This document shows positions 38,031 to 50,844 of a stretch of 64,000 nt of DNA, in pieces; position 1 is the stretch's first letter; each line of letters begins with the position of its first letter. The notes under the pieces were generated by a model. That model was given only the letters and a program-made list of their open reading frames with translations, was not told the origin of the DNA and did no database searches. The translations under genes were made by a program, and so were the position numbers. The stretch covers positions 806,001-870,000 of the forward strand of contig MU054132.1 in the NCBI GenBank assembly GCA_013239625.1. The letters are read 5' to 3'. This stretch comes from Lama guanicoe. Lineage: Eukaryota.

Positions 38031-38219
38031 TTGGTCCTACGCAGCTTGGTGTTCTCTGTCTTGAGCAGATAGAGCTTCTTGGCGAAGAACACCGTCATCA
38101 TGAAGAGCAGGAGCAGCACGAGGGCGGCGGAGCCGACAGCCACACACATCACCTGGAAGTCGGTGATGATGGACTCGCAGCGCATCCCCTTGTGCCAGAT
38201 GTAGTCCTGCGTGTTGCAC
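38031..38219 (-). CDS. CSPG5: CSPG5 coding exon 3 (end of EGF domain, transmembrane helix, juxtamembrane)
   Basis: gtgcag| acceptor, |gtgagt donor, 189 nt, phase 2 to 2; CNTQDYIWHKGMRCESIITDFQVMCVAVGSAALVLLLLFMMTVFFAKKLYLLKTENTKLRRT. Confidence 0.98.
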
Positions 38220-40974
38220 CTGCACCAGCGACAGGGTGAGACTGAGGCGATGGGCGGGCTGGCAGCTGTGACCACAGCGAGGGTCTGACCCCTAACCTCA
38301 GGACTTTGTTCTGTGGCCTGTCCCCATGACCGGCTAGAGGAGCTGTGGTGCCCCTGCCTGTGCAAACCTATGGCTGCTATTCCTGCCTCCTCTTTACAAC
38401 CACACTCTGATGGGGGCTGGGCACAGATGAGGTAACCAGGGCGCTGGGAAACTGAGCGAACTGGTCATTCACACGACTGAAGTGACCGAGGAGGGAAGGG
38501 AACCCTGGTTGCCACCTCGCAGCTGCAGTGAGAACAATCACAGGATTCTCTGACTGCCTCCCCCCTCCCAGCCCCGAACCTTGGGCTCTGGTGAAAAAAA
38601 ACGATGAGAAACAAGATCATTAGGAGCTCTGGCTACAGAGTAGTAGGGTCTGCCCTTCACATGAAGACCTATCTTGTTGCTCTGCAGTTCCGTCTAGCTC
38701 ACGTGCCTAACCAGACGCTGACAAATAAGGAAGCAATAGACAAGGACAAGCACAGAGATAGATGGATTTTCTCCTTCTACCTCTGCAGCCCCCAAAGTTC
38801 TGCCCCTCAAGCTTCCTGTCCTATTACCATGAGAACTGCCATGAAAGCATAGTGAGAATCAACCTCTGGGTGGGTTTCAGTCCTTTTGTTGAGTGACTTT
38901 CTCCTGCCCTTGGGGACATTCCCAGGCTCCAACTCTTCCAATGACATTGCTGTTTCCATGGGAACCAGACTGCTTCAAAGAGGAAAGATGTGGAAGGATA
39001 CAGAAACAGGCAAAGGAGGGAGGACGTGAACCTCAGGGTGAATGACAGATAAGAGAAAGGGGTCCAGAAATGGGAAAATTATGCATCGGAGAATTAGCTA
39101 CTCCACACCTAGAACAGGGTGGGGAGATGTGGCTGGCAGGGAATTCTTTCTTTTCCAACTGCCCCTCTGTAGTTGTGGGAAGCCATCTGTTGGAGGATGT
39201 GGGAAAAGGGGAGCCTTCTAACTGACTGTTCTAGAGGCAAGTTCTTCCACAGCTCTGCTCATTTCCCTGCAGTGGTTGGGGTGACAGAGACAAAAGCATG
39301 CTGCAGTCTGCAACCAAGGGCTCGGCAGCCTCTTGTGAGTGGAATGCAAAACAGTTTCCAAGCCAGGGTTGGGCCTGGGTGTACCCACCAGAGGAGGAAT
39401 CTCTGGTAGGGAGGTCCAGTGTGACCCTGGGATGCAAACTGCACAAGAGGGGCTGGAGTGAACTTGTGGAGAAGCCCTTCTGAGGCAGGACCTACTGGAG
39501 GATTCATGCTCAGCAAAGGCATGCCGCTTAGTGAGGACAGGCTTACCCTTCCACTTGGGAATCCCCTGAGAGTTCCAGGAGGTTCTGGGAACTGCTCTAG
39601 CTCTCCAGAGGCAGCCAGGGCCCCAAACTGCATTCTCTGATGGGGAACTTATTCTGATGATGAAAACTCAGGCCTCCAATAGGATGAAAGATAATGATAT
39701 TGCACAGGGATTCCATAGCTCCCAGACTAAAATTATTACTATAGTCCCCCCAACTAGAGTTTGTGGAGCAAAATCACAGGTTTCCCCATATTTCTGGCAA
39801 CTCTTAACCCACCAGCAATGTCTTAATGCCGTAATTTCTTGATCATAGTTCCTCTTTTTGGCAATAGCTGGACAACTCCAACCAGAACTGTGTGGACACA
39901 TCCTAAATGAGTGCCCCAATGTCACAATCTTTTATAGGAAAAAACTTCATAGGGAGGCACTGGAACTCAAGCTTTAATGCCAAAAGCCCAGCATTCATAC
40001 TTTCTATATGTTATTCTATCAGAACACTAAGACCTACAGAATTTGAATTCTTCACATACCTCCAGAAAGACAATGAAAAAGAAACATCAGGATTGACACT
40101 TAAAAAAGAGATGCAGATTCCGGGAACACTCCTCATAGGACCGATGGAAATCTGAGGACTCCAGGCCACTTTTAGGGCCTGAAAAGGATGGAGACAAGCA
40201 AACCACCCAGATTACCCCTGACTTGTGCTTCTTCCTCACTGTGAGGGCATGTGTATGGGGGTAATTACTGATGAGGTGTGGGATGGTGGCTACAGACAAC
40301 GTCCTTACACTCTGACATTAAACTCTCTGGGTCTTTAAAACATACTGGACTGGGTATCCCCAAGATGACAATCCAGGTAGAAGAAAGGAAAAAGCTGCCA
40401 CCACAGTTAAGAACCCCCACCACATCTGCTATGCCAGGAAAGACTCTCCCCTTAACTTGACCTTTTTGACTGGCTGCTCCCTGCGTCTTGTTCCCAGTGA
40501 GAAGGTCCTCACTCTGACTTTACCTTCCCTGTAAAGAGGCAGGCCCTCCTCCTGCCACTCATATGGCTCAGAGGGAGTGATCAGCAGTTATCTTTCCTCC
40601 CAGAATGTGCATCTTCTGCTAGTATAGCCAGAACTCGCCAACGAGAACTTGCCCTCAAGCCAGTAAATGCCTCCTCCAAAACGCTTAGTGGAGTCCCTTT
40701 ATGTTGCCTTTACAGTTTGCTGGTTTGGTAAAGGACACAACACTCAGAGGAAATGTCATTTCTGAGGAACCTCTACCAGTGATGAGATCACAGGAAGCAT
40801 ACATAAGATGTAATTCTGTAGATTTACTGTGACCATCTCTTGACCTGGGACTCCTGTGAACGCACAATCTCTGGGAAGCTGTGCTTGTCACAGTCCCCTT
40901 TCTGCTGAGTCTGCCTCTTGTGTGCTCATCAGTTCTCTGACCAGCCCCTGGGCACTGGCCCATCACACCCTTAC

Positions 40975-42088
40975 CTGCAGAAGGCCCCTATGTTCTCCAC
41001 CAGGTAGCACTGGCCGCCATTGTGACAGTAGCTCGGGAAGAGGTCGCACACTGACCGGCAGGAGCCATTATGTCGCACAAAGCCACTGCGGCACTCAGTG
41101 CCATTCTCGCTTGGGGCCAGGTCCCTGCCTGGCTCTCCTGGACGCGGCCGGAGGGCGATGCTGCCGCCCGGGACTATCCCCAGAGTATGCTGTGGAGGGA
41201 CAGCATGCCACCGACTGGTGGGCTGGCCTGTCCCAGGCCCCAGACCAGGCTTCTCAGTGGGCATGAGAAGGTCATTTTCATCTTCCAGGTCTCCGCCTCC
41301 CACTGCATCCTTGTCATCCTCCTCTTCCTCCTCCTCTTCCTCCAAGTCATCATAGAAGGATGTGGTGGGGTAGAAATCAGATTCATCAAAGGGGGTGAAG
41401 TCATCGTATAAGTCTAGCAGGCTCCAGGAAGGGGTCTCCCCCCCAGTATCGGGGTGGTGCTCTGAGGTTCCTGGTGAATCAGGGAAGCTCCCCAGGTCGG
41501 CGCCACGGCCCTCACCATCCAGTCCTTCAAAGTAATCGATGTCAATTATATCTGATGCTGGATGGGGCTCCAGTGTGCCCTGAAAGGGGTACGTGGGCTC
41601 TGGCCCATTAGCGTCAGGTGTGCTGCCTCCTAGGTTCAGCCAAACCTCCAAGGGGCTCTCCTTGGGGAGTTCAGGGCCTGGGCTCAGCTTGTCGCCAGGG
41701 GTGGGGGAGGGCGTTTCGCGGGCCACTGTAGCCTCAGGGGTGGCGGGGGACGTCGATGACTGCCCGAGGGCCTCGTCGGGAGCCGGAAGGGTGGCTGGAA
41801 GGGCCTGGGTGTCGCCGCTGCCGGCCTCTGCAGTCACTCCGCCCAGGCTTGGGCTTTCAGCTTCCAGCCAGGCCGTGCCCGTCACCGCCGCGGACGCCTC
41901 CAACGCCTCCTCTGGCCCGACCTTAGGGCCCACAAAGGCCTGCTCGCCGCTGGGCGCAGTCCACGAGGTCTCTTCTTCCTCAGCTTTTGATGGGTCGGTC
42001 TTCTCCCGCGTGTCGTTGGCACGCGGCTCCCAAGCTAGCACGCTCTTCACGCGCTCGCCGGCGTCGACGTCGTTGCCTACCTCACGCG
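40975..42088 (-). CDS. CSPG5: CSPG5 coding exon 2 (CS-attachment region, acidic cluster, most of EGF domain)
   Basis: ccacag| acceptor, |gtaagg donor, 1114 nt, phase 1 to 2; AGSGD, DDLEEEEEEEEDDKD, CDLFPSYCHNGGQCYLVENIGAFCR. Confidence 0.98.
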
Positions 42089-43900
42089 CTGTGGGCGGGA
42101 GAGAGAGAGGGGTGAGGCGTCAGGGCGGCGCGCATACCGGGGCCTTGGGCCGCGCCCCGCCCCCGCCTCAGCTGCTCTCCCAGACACCCGCCAACCCTAG
42201 GCCTCTGCTTCAAGCTTTCTCAAGGCCACGCCCCATCTTTAAACCCCACCCCACAAGCAAGGGAAGACTCGGGCCCAACGTTTCCCCGCTCAGGCCCCGC
42301 CCCCAAGAGTCAGACCCCGCCCCCAACACGACTCGCAGTCTAACCAGGGCGGTCCCCAACTCCAGCGCCTGGCACGAGTCTTACCCTGGGGGCTCCTCTC
42401 CACCTCCAGGCCCCACCCAGAAGTCGCACCCCTAGGGTCCCGCCCCAACCTAGACTCCACCCCGAACTCTCATCCTTGCGCCCCTCATTACCTCCAGATC
42501 CCGCCCTTAAGTCTCACCCTCAGGCCCCGCCTACCAGGTCCCTCCCCCAGCTACCACCTCGGTCCGCACACTCGGGTCGCGGCCGCCCCCATCACTCGGC
42601 CTGCCCAGTGTTCACCACCTCCTCCTGCGCCTCTTCCCCTGCCCGGGCGGCAGGCAAGGTGCTGCCCCGCCCCCTTGCCACATCTCCCGTACTCTGCCAG
42701 TATCCGAAGCCGGCGGGACCCTGGCCCGGGGTGGGATGCGAGAGCCCCTGGGGTCCAGGTCTCAGTCGGTACCTACCCGGCGCGGCCCCGGAGGCGAGGA
42801 CCAGCGTGGCCCCCAGAAGCAGCAGCAGCGGCGGCGGCCCCCAGCCCTGGCCTCCGCCCCACGCTTGGCCCATGGCGCGGCGCCCCGACCGCTGTCCGCG
42901 GTCTGCCCAGATGGCTGCGCCCTCGGCTCGGCGGCCGCCGCGCCTCCCTCCCGTGCTGCAGCCGTCTCAGCCCACGATGGGCAGCGCGAGAAGCCGCATG
43001 CCGCCGCCGCCGTCCGCCGCTGTCCCCGGCGCGCCGCCCCTCCCCGCCTCCCGCGCCGCCGCTGCCGCGCTCAGCGCCGCCCCAACCCCGCCCGCCGCGC
43101 CCGCCCCGCCGCACGTAGCTCTGACGCTGGCCCTGCTCAGTCCGCCTGTCCGGGGGGACAGATAGACCCCTGGGTCGGAATGCGGAGACAAACGGACGTG
43201 GAGTAGCGCGGGGGTAGGCGCACAGCGCCGCGCGTGGCGTTAGCCGACAGGTGCACTGGCGGGAGACCTGCGGGGCGGGGCCTCGGTCCCGCCCTCTCCC
43301 TGGAAGGCTGGCACGGGCCCCCAGCCTGCGAGGAACCCACCCGCCACGCCGCGAGCACTGAGGCGGGGGCCCAGACACCCGCAAGCTCGGGACGGGGCTC
43401 GGGAGAGCCGCAGGGGGCGGAAGCCCGAGCCCGCGCTGTGGCAGTGAGCCGAACCCAGAGCGAACGGAGCCTCTCGGATTTCTGCGCCAACCCTGTGTTC
43501 GGGGCGGAGAAGGGTCTCCGAGAGGTTTCCGAGTCCCAGCGCGAGGGCGGGGCGGGGCGGGCGCTGGCAGCCCCAGGCAAGGGGGCGAAGTCGACCTCCC
43601 AGACTCTAATCGGATCAGACCTAATCCGTTCGCAGCCAAAGCCCAGACCTCTCACAGCCAGGCCCGCCCGAACGCATGCCGGGGGCAGGGGGCAAGACCT
43701 TCCTGGGACTGCGGCTACCATGCCTGCCTGCCTTCTTGCCTCTTCAGGGCAGCCTGGGAAGTGGCCTTTAATCCCCGCTCTTACCCCCTCCCCAGGTTAC
43801 ATCGCCCCCCTTGTGTCCCGGGATACCAAAGCTCAAGTTGCTGGGCAGTCCCAAGCGGCCTAGATCACAGCCTAGGGACACGCGGACGCCATGCCAAGCG
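41700..43900. promoter_or_regulatory. CSPG5: CSPG5 CpG island and promoter
   Basis: Very high GC and CpG density; GC-box run at 43546-43562; (CCG)n tracts near 43000-43070. Confidence 0.88.
42777..42873 (-). CDS. CSPG5: CSPG5 coding exon 1 (signal peptide)
   Basis: ccgcgccATGg strong Kozak; MGQAWGGGQGWGPPPLLLLLGATLVLASGAAP; |gtaggt donor, 97 nt, phase 1. Confidence 0.96.
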
Positions 43901-46900
43901 TTATAGTATGTCTGCGGACTCTGACAAAGCTAACTGCAGTCCAGAACCACTCATCCTCGAATCCCTGCTTGGTAGGGGAGTTGCAGCCTAGTCATCTAGT
44001 CTATCCATCAAACCGACCTCTACCTCTTGATCTGCTATTAACCCAAATGACATTCAGGGTCACTGCCTGAGATGTGGCAACACTGGTATTTGAGAGGCTT
44101 CCATTTCTGACATTAGAAAACCACGGTAAGTGACCAAGATGGAGATTCTCCTAATCTCTCTCTAGTACATGTCTCTGGATGGGGTTGCCTTGGTTCAAAG
44201 CCTTTCTCTCACTGGAACTAGTTTTGCTGCAGTCTCTTTGCTTGACCTGGTGGTTTCCTCCCTCCAGGTCTGCCTGGCAAACTCCTTAACCCAGACAGCT
44301 CAGCTGTCACCTTCCCTTACCTGAAGTCTTGTCAGCTTGCCCCAAGTAGTTAGACATTTAGGCCCTAATATCAATTACTGTCTACAGTAATTCCCCATTG
44401 GACTGCAAGACACTTGAGTGCACAGCGCCAGGCACAAATGGAAGCTCCCTAAGGTGGGTAGGAGGCATAAATGAATGAATGGCAACCATCTTACCCCAAC
44501 CCCAGAACCTTGGGTCTGGACCTTCCTGCAAATGGACTTGCTGAGGCTCTTTCCATGGCTTCATTGCCTCTGGGGACAGTAACGACCAGTGTGAAATACA
44601 ACCTTTTTCGAGAAGAGGGCCAGGCAGGGCTTTGCACCTGTTTGCCACAGGGGCACTAACACACCCTCCAACACCATCTCTGCTTTCCTGCAGCTTACCT
44701 TTGCATCTCTCTCTTTTTTTTTTTGCCTCCTATAACAAGTCTCTATGTATTGCTCTGCTCTGTCTCTATAACTCTTGGGTGATGGCTGTCAGAGTGGAGG
44801 ATCTTGGTGGACATGTCTACCTCCCACTTCCTGAGGCCAGTCTGTGTGGGAAGGAAGTCTCACAGGTGGGTCCTTTGATGCCTGGAGCATGGCAATCACT
44901 CCCATGTTATTTCACAAGAAAGGTCTGGATGCGGGCCCTTTCCCCACCCCTCTAGTAAAACTCTACCTACTCCAGTTTGTTTCTCATTTTAATATATTTT
45001 TAAAACATTTAAATATATTCTTTTAAATTTAATTTTTGAATTAAGTAAAACAAGCATATGGTATAAAGTAAAATTTGAAATATCGATTTCCTCAATGAAC
45101 TTCATCCCTTCCCTGGAGACAGATTCTGTTACCACTTTCTTCATTTGGGGATTTTAAATCAACTGTTGTCATTCAGTTTCATTCTGATCCTCTCTAGCAG
45201 ATCTCACCAGCAGTATCAGGACTGAGCACAGCGCACCTAGTTAGGTGACACCTCCACAAGATGGGTAGCAGAAGCGGTGTGGTGTGTGACTGACGAGCAG
45301 GCCTTGGCATCAGATCTGGGTGACCTTGGAGGAGTTGGTAACCTGTCTCATGTATATGGACGTGGTAACCATAGAGTGTCAAGTGTATGTAGTATTTTTT
45401 CCTGGGCACAAGGGCTAGGGTAGACTAAAGAAGATACAGAAGATGTAGAACTGGAGAGTGAAAGAAAGAGAAATTGACCTCTATCATGAGCTTACAACCA
45501 TATTCACACATTCAAGCTCATGCCATTTGGGCATCAGGGATGCTTTGAGGCAATGGCTGCTGCATGCCTCTGAGGTTCCCACTGGGTTTGGCAGTACCAA
45601 GGAAGGCACAAGGTCTGTTGCCATGGCTACAGCCTGCCACCCTGTGCATAGAAAGTCCCTGGCTTTGCCAGGGGGCTGCCATCCAGGGCAAGAGCTGCTC
45701 CTGTTGCTGTGGCTGGGGGCATACTTCAGTCTGAATAGGAAGCAGCACAGTTCCTCGCTGTAAGTCCTCATTAGCAACCACTAGCCTTCTGAGTTTTGTT
45801 TTCCTTGTGTTCTAACTTGTCTTATTCTTCACTACCATACTATGAGTATCTTACTGGTCATTTTACACACTTGCAAATGGACAGATATCGTTGCTAATGA
45901 AGTGGTAAGGTTGGGACTTGAACTAAGATCTTAATTTCAAAACTTTTCATTTTAAAATGGAGGCTTTTCATTCTTGCTTTAATTCAGAAGAATCAGGATC
46001 AGAGGTAGGGCCTCACTTGGCAGAATGGAAGCCGTCTCTCCCCCCGCCCCCCGCCCCTACTTCTACCTGGGCATTTGCGAGTTTATGCTATGATCTCCTA
46101 ATAGGATAGAACATGGCAGTAAGGCCAGAATCATGCCCTCCATCAGTCAGAAAGGGACATCTAGCATGGCCTCCTACTTGCCAGTGTGCTCAATAGACAC
46201 CTGGTTCTAAGCTGCAGGGAATGGGCCCTCTTGCACCATTGCCAGGAAGGAAGAGCCAGGGGACAGGGTCCTGAGTTCTTTGTGCTGACCACCACCTCTT
46301 GGCTACAGGGAACTCTAGATTATCATTGCACAAATGCGCTCTCATCCTAGAGGAAGACATTACAATCTGGAGGACATTACATCTTGCTTGGGGAGTGGGT
46401 CTGTTACAAAATTAGGAAGGCTCCTAAACTTCATTACCCCAAAGCCAACCCAGTCAGCTGGGAGAAAGCCACACAGCACAAGGCAACAGAGCCTCAGATG
46501 TGGAGTAACCAGGCTTGTCTGCAGAAGACTTCTGCCGCCTCAAAAGTAACTTAAGTGCTTCTCAGGAGCCCCATAGGTACCGCAGAACATACAGACTGGA
46601 ATGAGGAATGCGTTAACTTTGATGGCCATGGGAAATCCATCAGTGTCAGGGCAAAACTAGCCACAAAAATCAGCATATGCAAAGGGCTGTTAACCTCCAA
46701 GAGTCCTGCTATTTCCTAAGCCCTTTGGGAACACCTGATAGTGAGGGTACCCTAGGTGGGGGACTGCCACAGAACTAGAGTGTGAGGCCTTTTCCTTCAT
46801 GTCTCAGCTGCTGACAGTGATGATCATTGTACTGTATTAAGGAATGGTGATTTTGCTGAGGCCCGCAAGGGCTGTACCCGAAGGGTAGGTGGTGTTAAGA

Positions 46901-47469
46901 TGACTGTCAGAAACCAGTCACCTGGCTGATCTCCATGGGTTTTGAAGGGTCTGGAAAGGCCTCTTGGGGCAGAAAGGAGAAAAATGGCTTCTCTTCTGCC
47001 AAGCAGGCCAGGAGCAAGAAGACAAGGGACCACACAAGGCCCTCTTTCCTTGGGGTCCCATGAGAGTTGGAACAGGGATGGGTAGTCCAAGAGAGAAGTA
47101 GCTATAATTAGTTTCAGAACCTTTGTTTCAGTTGATTCATACAATTCTCTCTCCCTCTCCTCCTTTAGTCACCCTTTGGTATGGCAGTCTTGTCTCACTT
47201 CGGTTTCAAGTTCAGGATCAAAGATGTTTCCTAATGATGAGTAGTGGCAAGCCTAAAAGCCTATGGCCTGGTATGCCCCACTCTACAAAAATGTAAGTGG
47301 CCTGGAATGTAGGGGCCTTACCTACCTTATTCCTAATTATGACTTTAGTGCCTCCAAGTTCTAGTGCCTGGCACACATTAGGCTCTCAAATGTTTACTCG
47401 ACTCCTGGGCTGACAGGATGAACTGTCAGGAAGTGTGGGCTCCTTACTCTGCCATATAAGCCTCCTAAC

Positions 47470-47645
47470 CAGCAGTTCTCTAAGGGTGGCTGGTGACTAG
47501 CTGCATCAGGATCCCCTGGCAACCTGCTTAAAGGACAAAATTTCAAAACTCACCCCAGACCTGCTGCATCAGAAGCTCTCAGGGTAGAACCCAGAAGCTT
47601 TTATGTTAACAAACTTGCAGGGGATCCTGATCTGCACTGAAGCTG
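47470..47645. mobile_element. MER5A-like hAT-Charlie MITE
   Basis: gcatcaggatcccctgg...ccccagacctgctgcatcagaagctct...ttaacaaac...ggggatcctgatctgcactgaag. Confidence 0.7.
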
Positions 47646-48429
47646 TTCTTAATCACATCTGGGGGAATTATTCAGTATTAATCGGAGAGTAAGGATCTGA
47701 GGAACCTGTGGAAAACTGGTTAACTGTATATGTCCTGGTGTGCTCTAAAAAGAATTCACACTTGAGTTTATAAACAAAGCTGCAGTTAGCCTGGATCAAG
47801 GATTAACTTCCTTTATCACCGTTAGAGAAGTGTCAGAATCTGGTGAGACCCAGCTGGCTCCAGCACTCTTTACTAGAGGGAAGGGTTGTAACAGGTCAGA
47901 AAGCAAAGCATAATCAGCTGACACACTTCCGTGAGGAGCCAAGTGTTCACCTTCCGGCAAACAGAATCCACTTCTTTCGCTTCACTCGGTTCATAATCAT
48001 CTTGAAAGCACTGGCTTCTGTTTTTTTGCACAGAGCCTGCACCTGTGGGTGCTCAAAGGCTGTCCGTAAGAGTGCATCAAAGTTCACAGAATCAATGTGT
48101 CCTTGACGCCTGCCTCCAACTTGGGGCTAAACCACATCCCAATAAACATTCTCTAGTGCACCCAGCAGAACCATTCCTTTCTTGGAGGTGTCAGGTGTTG
48201 GCCACCCTTTCTGGGGAACTTCCACTCACTTTCTTCACTTTGAGCATGGGAATAAACAGTGAGCAAAGCACATTCAAGCCTTATATTTCTTAAGCCTCAT
48301 GAAGGTGGTAAGTCAGGAAATCCCCCAAGTCACTCAACTGGTGACCAAGACCAGGTGAGGCTGAATATTTAGGCTCTTCATAGGACACATGAAGAAACTG
48401 GTGTATGAATACAGAGAATGGGACTGGAA

Positions 48430-50749
48430 TCCAGAAATGATGTTCCATTTATTCACTGAAAAAGAGGGAGATAGGCCTTCTCAATCAGTTTCCTCCAATC
48501 TCCCCAAACTCCCTCCCTTCACTTTCTAAAATAACACACTGAGAAACACATTTGTACAAAAACCACATATTATTCCCCCCTCACAAAATCGGGTGGCTGT
48601 ATTACAGGAACAAAACCAGATCAAAGACACGAAAAGAGTCACCACTCATACTGAAACATAACAGTGTTAAGAATTCAGGTATTCTGTAGAATTATTACCA
48701 GCATAGTAAAAATATTTCCACCTGGATCTTTTAAATTTGAAAGTGATCACATTAAAGACCTGAGGTTACAAGAGACCACAGTATGAACCAGAATTCCATT
48801 TTCCTTCTAAGACCTCAGTGGAAAAGTTAAGTATTTGGAATGAGTTTCCTTTGGGAAAGACTGGTAGGAAAATAGGGAAAACCCTGGCCATTGTTGAAAG
48901 GCACTGGGGTCTCTCTGGAGTCAAAAGCAATGGAATTAAACTCCAGTAGGAACAAGCTCATTTCCACTCCAAGAGTCCAGAATGAACACACCAAAGGAAC
49001 AAGGTCTCCTTGGTTCCAGTACTCTGATGGTGACCAGGGCCACCTGGTTAGAGGTAACACCTGAGGGTTTGAAAGGCAAATCCTAATCGTGGTTTAATTT
49101 TTTTGCTTTCTGATATTAAGGAAAAAAGTTCTAAGGTGTTTTTACAAACACCTTCCCACACCCTCATATGTAAAGCTTTATAGAATATACAGAAAAAGAT
49201 ACCCAAAGATGTTCCATTTTGCATCCTAAATGAAACTGCCACTTGAGAATGTGAAGAGGCCAGGTGCTTTGGAAATCAAGGTCTACCAAAAACACCCTTT
49301 CCCCACCTATGGAAGGATAAACGGGAGGGAAGAAGGACAAGAAGAGGAAACCAACAACTCTCAAGTCACTCATCAGCAGGGGAAGAAATGGGCTCATATT
49401 AAGGCATTTTTGTGGCTCATCCTCTGGAATGGCATTCCACTCTCCCAGCCTGAGCACCACACCCTCAAAGCATGATGCTCTGAATGCCAAGTGAGTTCCT
49501 TGGTACCCACAGCATCTCCTTCACAACCCTGTGATAGATGGAATGTGAGCTCTCAGACAGGGAAGGGAGAAGGTATGAGAAGCTGTTGATCTTGCCTTAC
49601 TTCTCCAATCCCACCTCAAACCTAAAGTACCGCTTCACTGAATTCCACTCACCCTGGCTACTGCAAGAGGTAGTTTGGGGACTTGTAGCCCCAGCCATCC
49701 TAACCAAGTTCCATGAGCTAAAATGCGTATCAGCACTACCTACTTATTTTTTTTTTCTTTTTGAAGATTTTTTTTAAAGAGGGAGAAAAAAAGAATGCAT
49801 ACAAAGCAGTGAATAGTGGGCTAGATTCATTGGGTGGCCATTGTCCTAGACTCCTAAAACTTTCCTGGCTAGTCTAAGGAATGCCTCCCCAAATCACAGC
49901 TCTCAAAGCTCACACTGCCCTCAGAAAAACAAAATACCCACCCCCCAGTCCAACAAACCATCTGCATAGAAAACCAGAACCAGTGGGCCCGGGGAAGAGA
50001 GGGGCTGTCCTAATGCTTGTGCCCTCCCCGACTGTGAACTAAAGAGGGATGTTCTACCAGGCAGGCTGGAGGCTCTCAAAGTCCTCACTAGGGATAAAAT
50101 CAGTGGGGTCCCTTTCCCCAACTCTTTTAATTCTGGTGCATCTGTATGTGGCAGAAATTCATGAAACTTCACCATCAGCACCATTCTTAGCTCAGATAAG
50201 CAGAAATAAGGTCACTTATAATGCCTTAAGGTTTGTCCCCTCTGGCTATCCCCTCTGCCCGTCACCATTTTTTGGTTCCTATTAACTTAGGATGCTCTCC
50301 TTTAAAGCAATAATGACCAAAAGAAAAAAAAAAAAGATAATAATTGTAAAGCATTATCCATAGAAGCATAAGACAAAGCAAAGGGGAAAAAAAAAACCCT
50401 TTTCGCAGGAGAGCAGAAATGATAAAGACATAAACTACTAATGTTGATAGGACCTGCAGATAAACTGTCAGTATACCCCACACCAGGACAGGGAGACACT
50501 GGTTATTTTTAGGACGACCAGGGCACATGTCACCACAGGCTCCCCACTGAGTGCTGGTGGAGGACCTAATACAAGACGTGTCAGAGGATGGGAGCGGGTG
50601 GCAAGAGGAATGGGGAAATACGGGATGCGTGCTTGGGGCTGCAACAAGAAAAATCCTGAAAGAAACCCAAGGAAGCTGAGGAACACAAGTCTCGTCATCC
50701 CCACTCCAGCTGGCGGCACTGGGCGTGGATGCTGCCTGCACCTTCCAGG
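48430..50749 (-). other. SMARCC1: SMARCC1 3'UTR (about 2.3 kb)
   Basis: Lies between the stop and AATAAA; U-rich tracts on the sense strand; no obvious interspersed repeats. Confidence 0.7.
48448..48453 (-). terminator. SMARCC1: SMARCC1 polyadenylation signal AATAAA
   Basis: tttatt about 2.3 kb past the stop, at the end of a repeat-poor UTR-like tract. Confidence 0.65.
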
Positions 50750-50844
50750 CTAGGGTGCAGCCGAGGCTGGTGGGCCTGAAGCAGGCGGTGGAGGGACTCC
50801 ATCTGCAGGTGGTGGCGGTGGCTGCTGCTGCGGTAGAGGGGGAT
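50750..50844 (-). CDS. SMARCC1: SMARCC1 (BAF155) last coding exon (YPPLPQQQPPPPPADGVPPPPASGPPASAAP*)
   Basis: tttgcag| acceptor, phase 1, TAG at 50752-50750; matches recalled human C-terminus ...PPASAAP. Confidence 0.95.

Noticed and set aside
41915..41945. 6-aa longer CSPG5 ectodomain than human (AFVGPKVGPEE)
   Set aside because: From memory, rodent NGC has a similar VVGPGVGPEE, so it is probably ancestral, not novel
42075..42088. Donor-like GAG|GTAGGC 8 nt inside CSPG5 exon 2
   Set aside because: Would make an 8-nt exon that shifts frame against exon 3; no other support
41593..43863. Several 150-290 aa ORFs over the CSPG5 island
   Set aside because: Low-complexity Pro/Arg/Ala shadows of GC-rich or antisense-coding DNA
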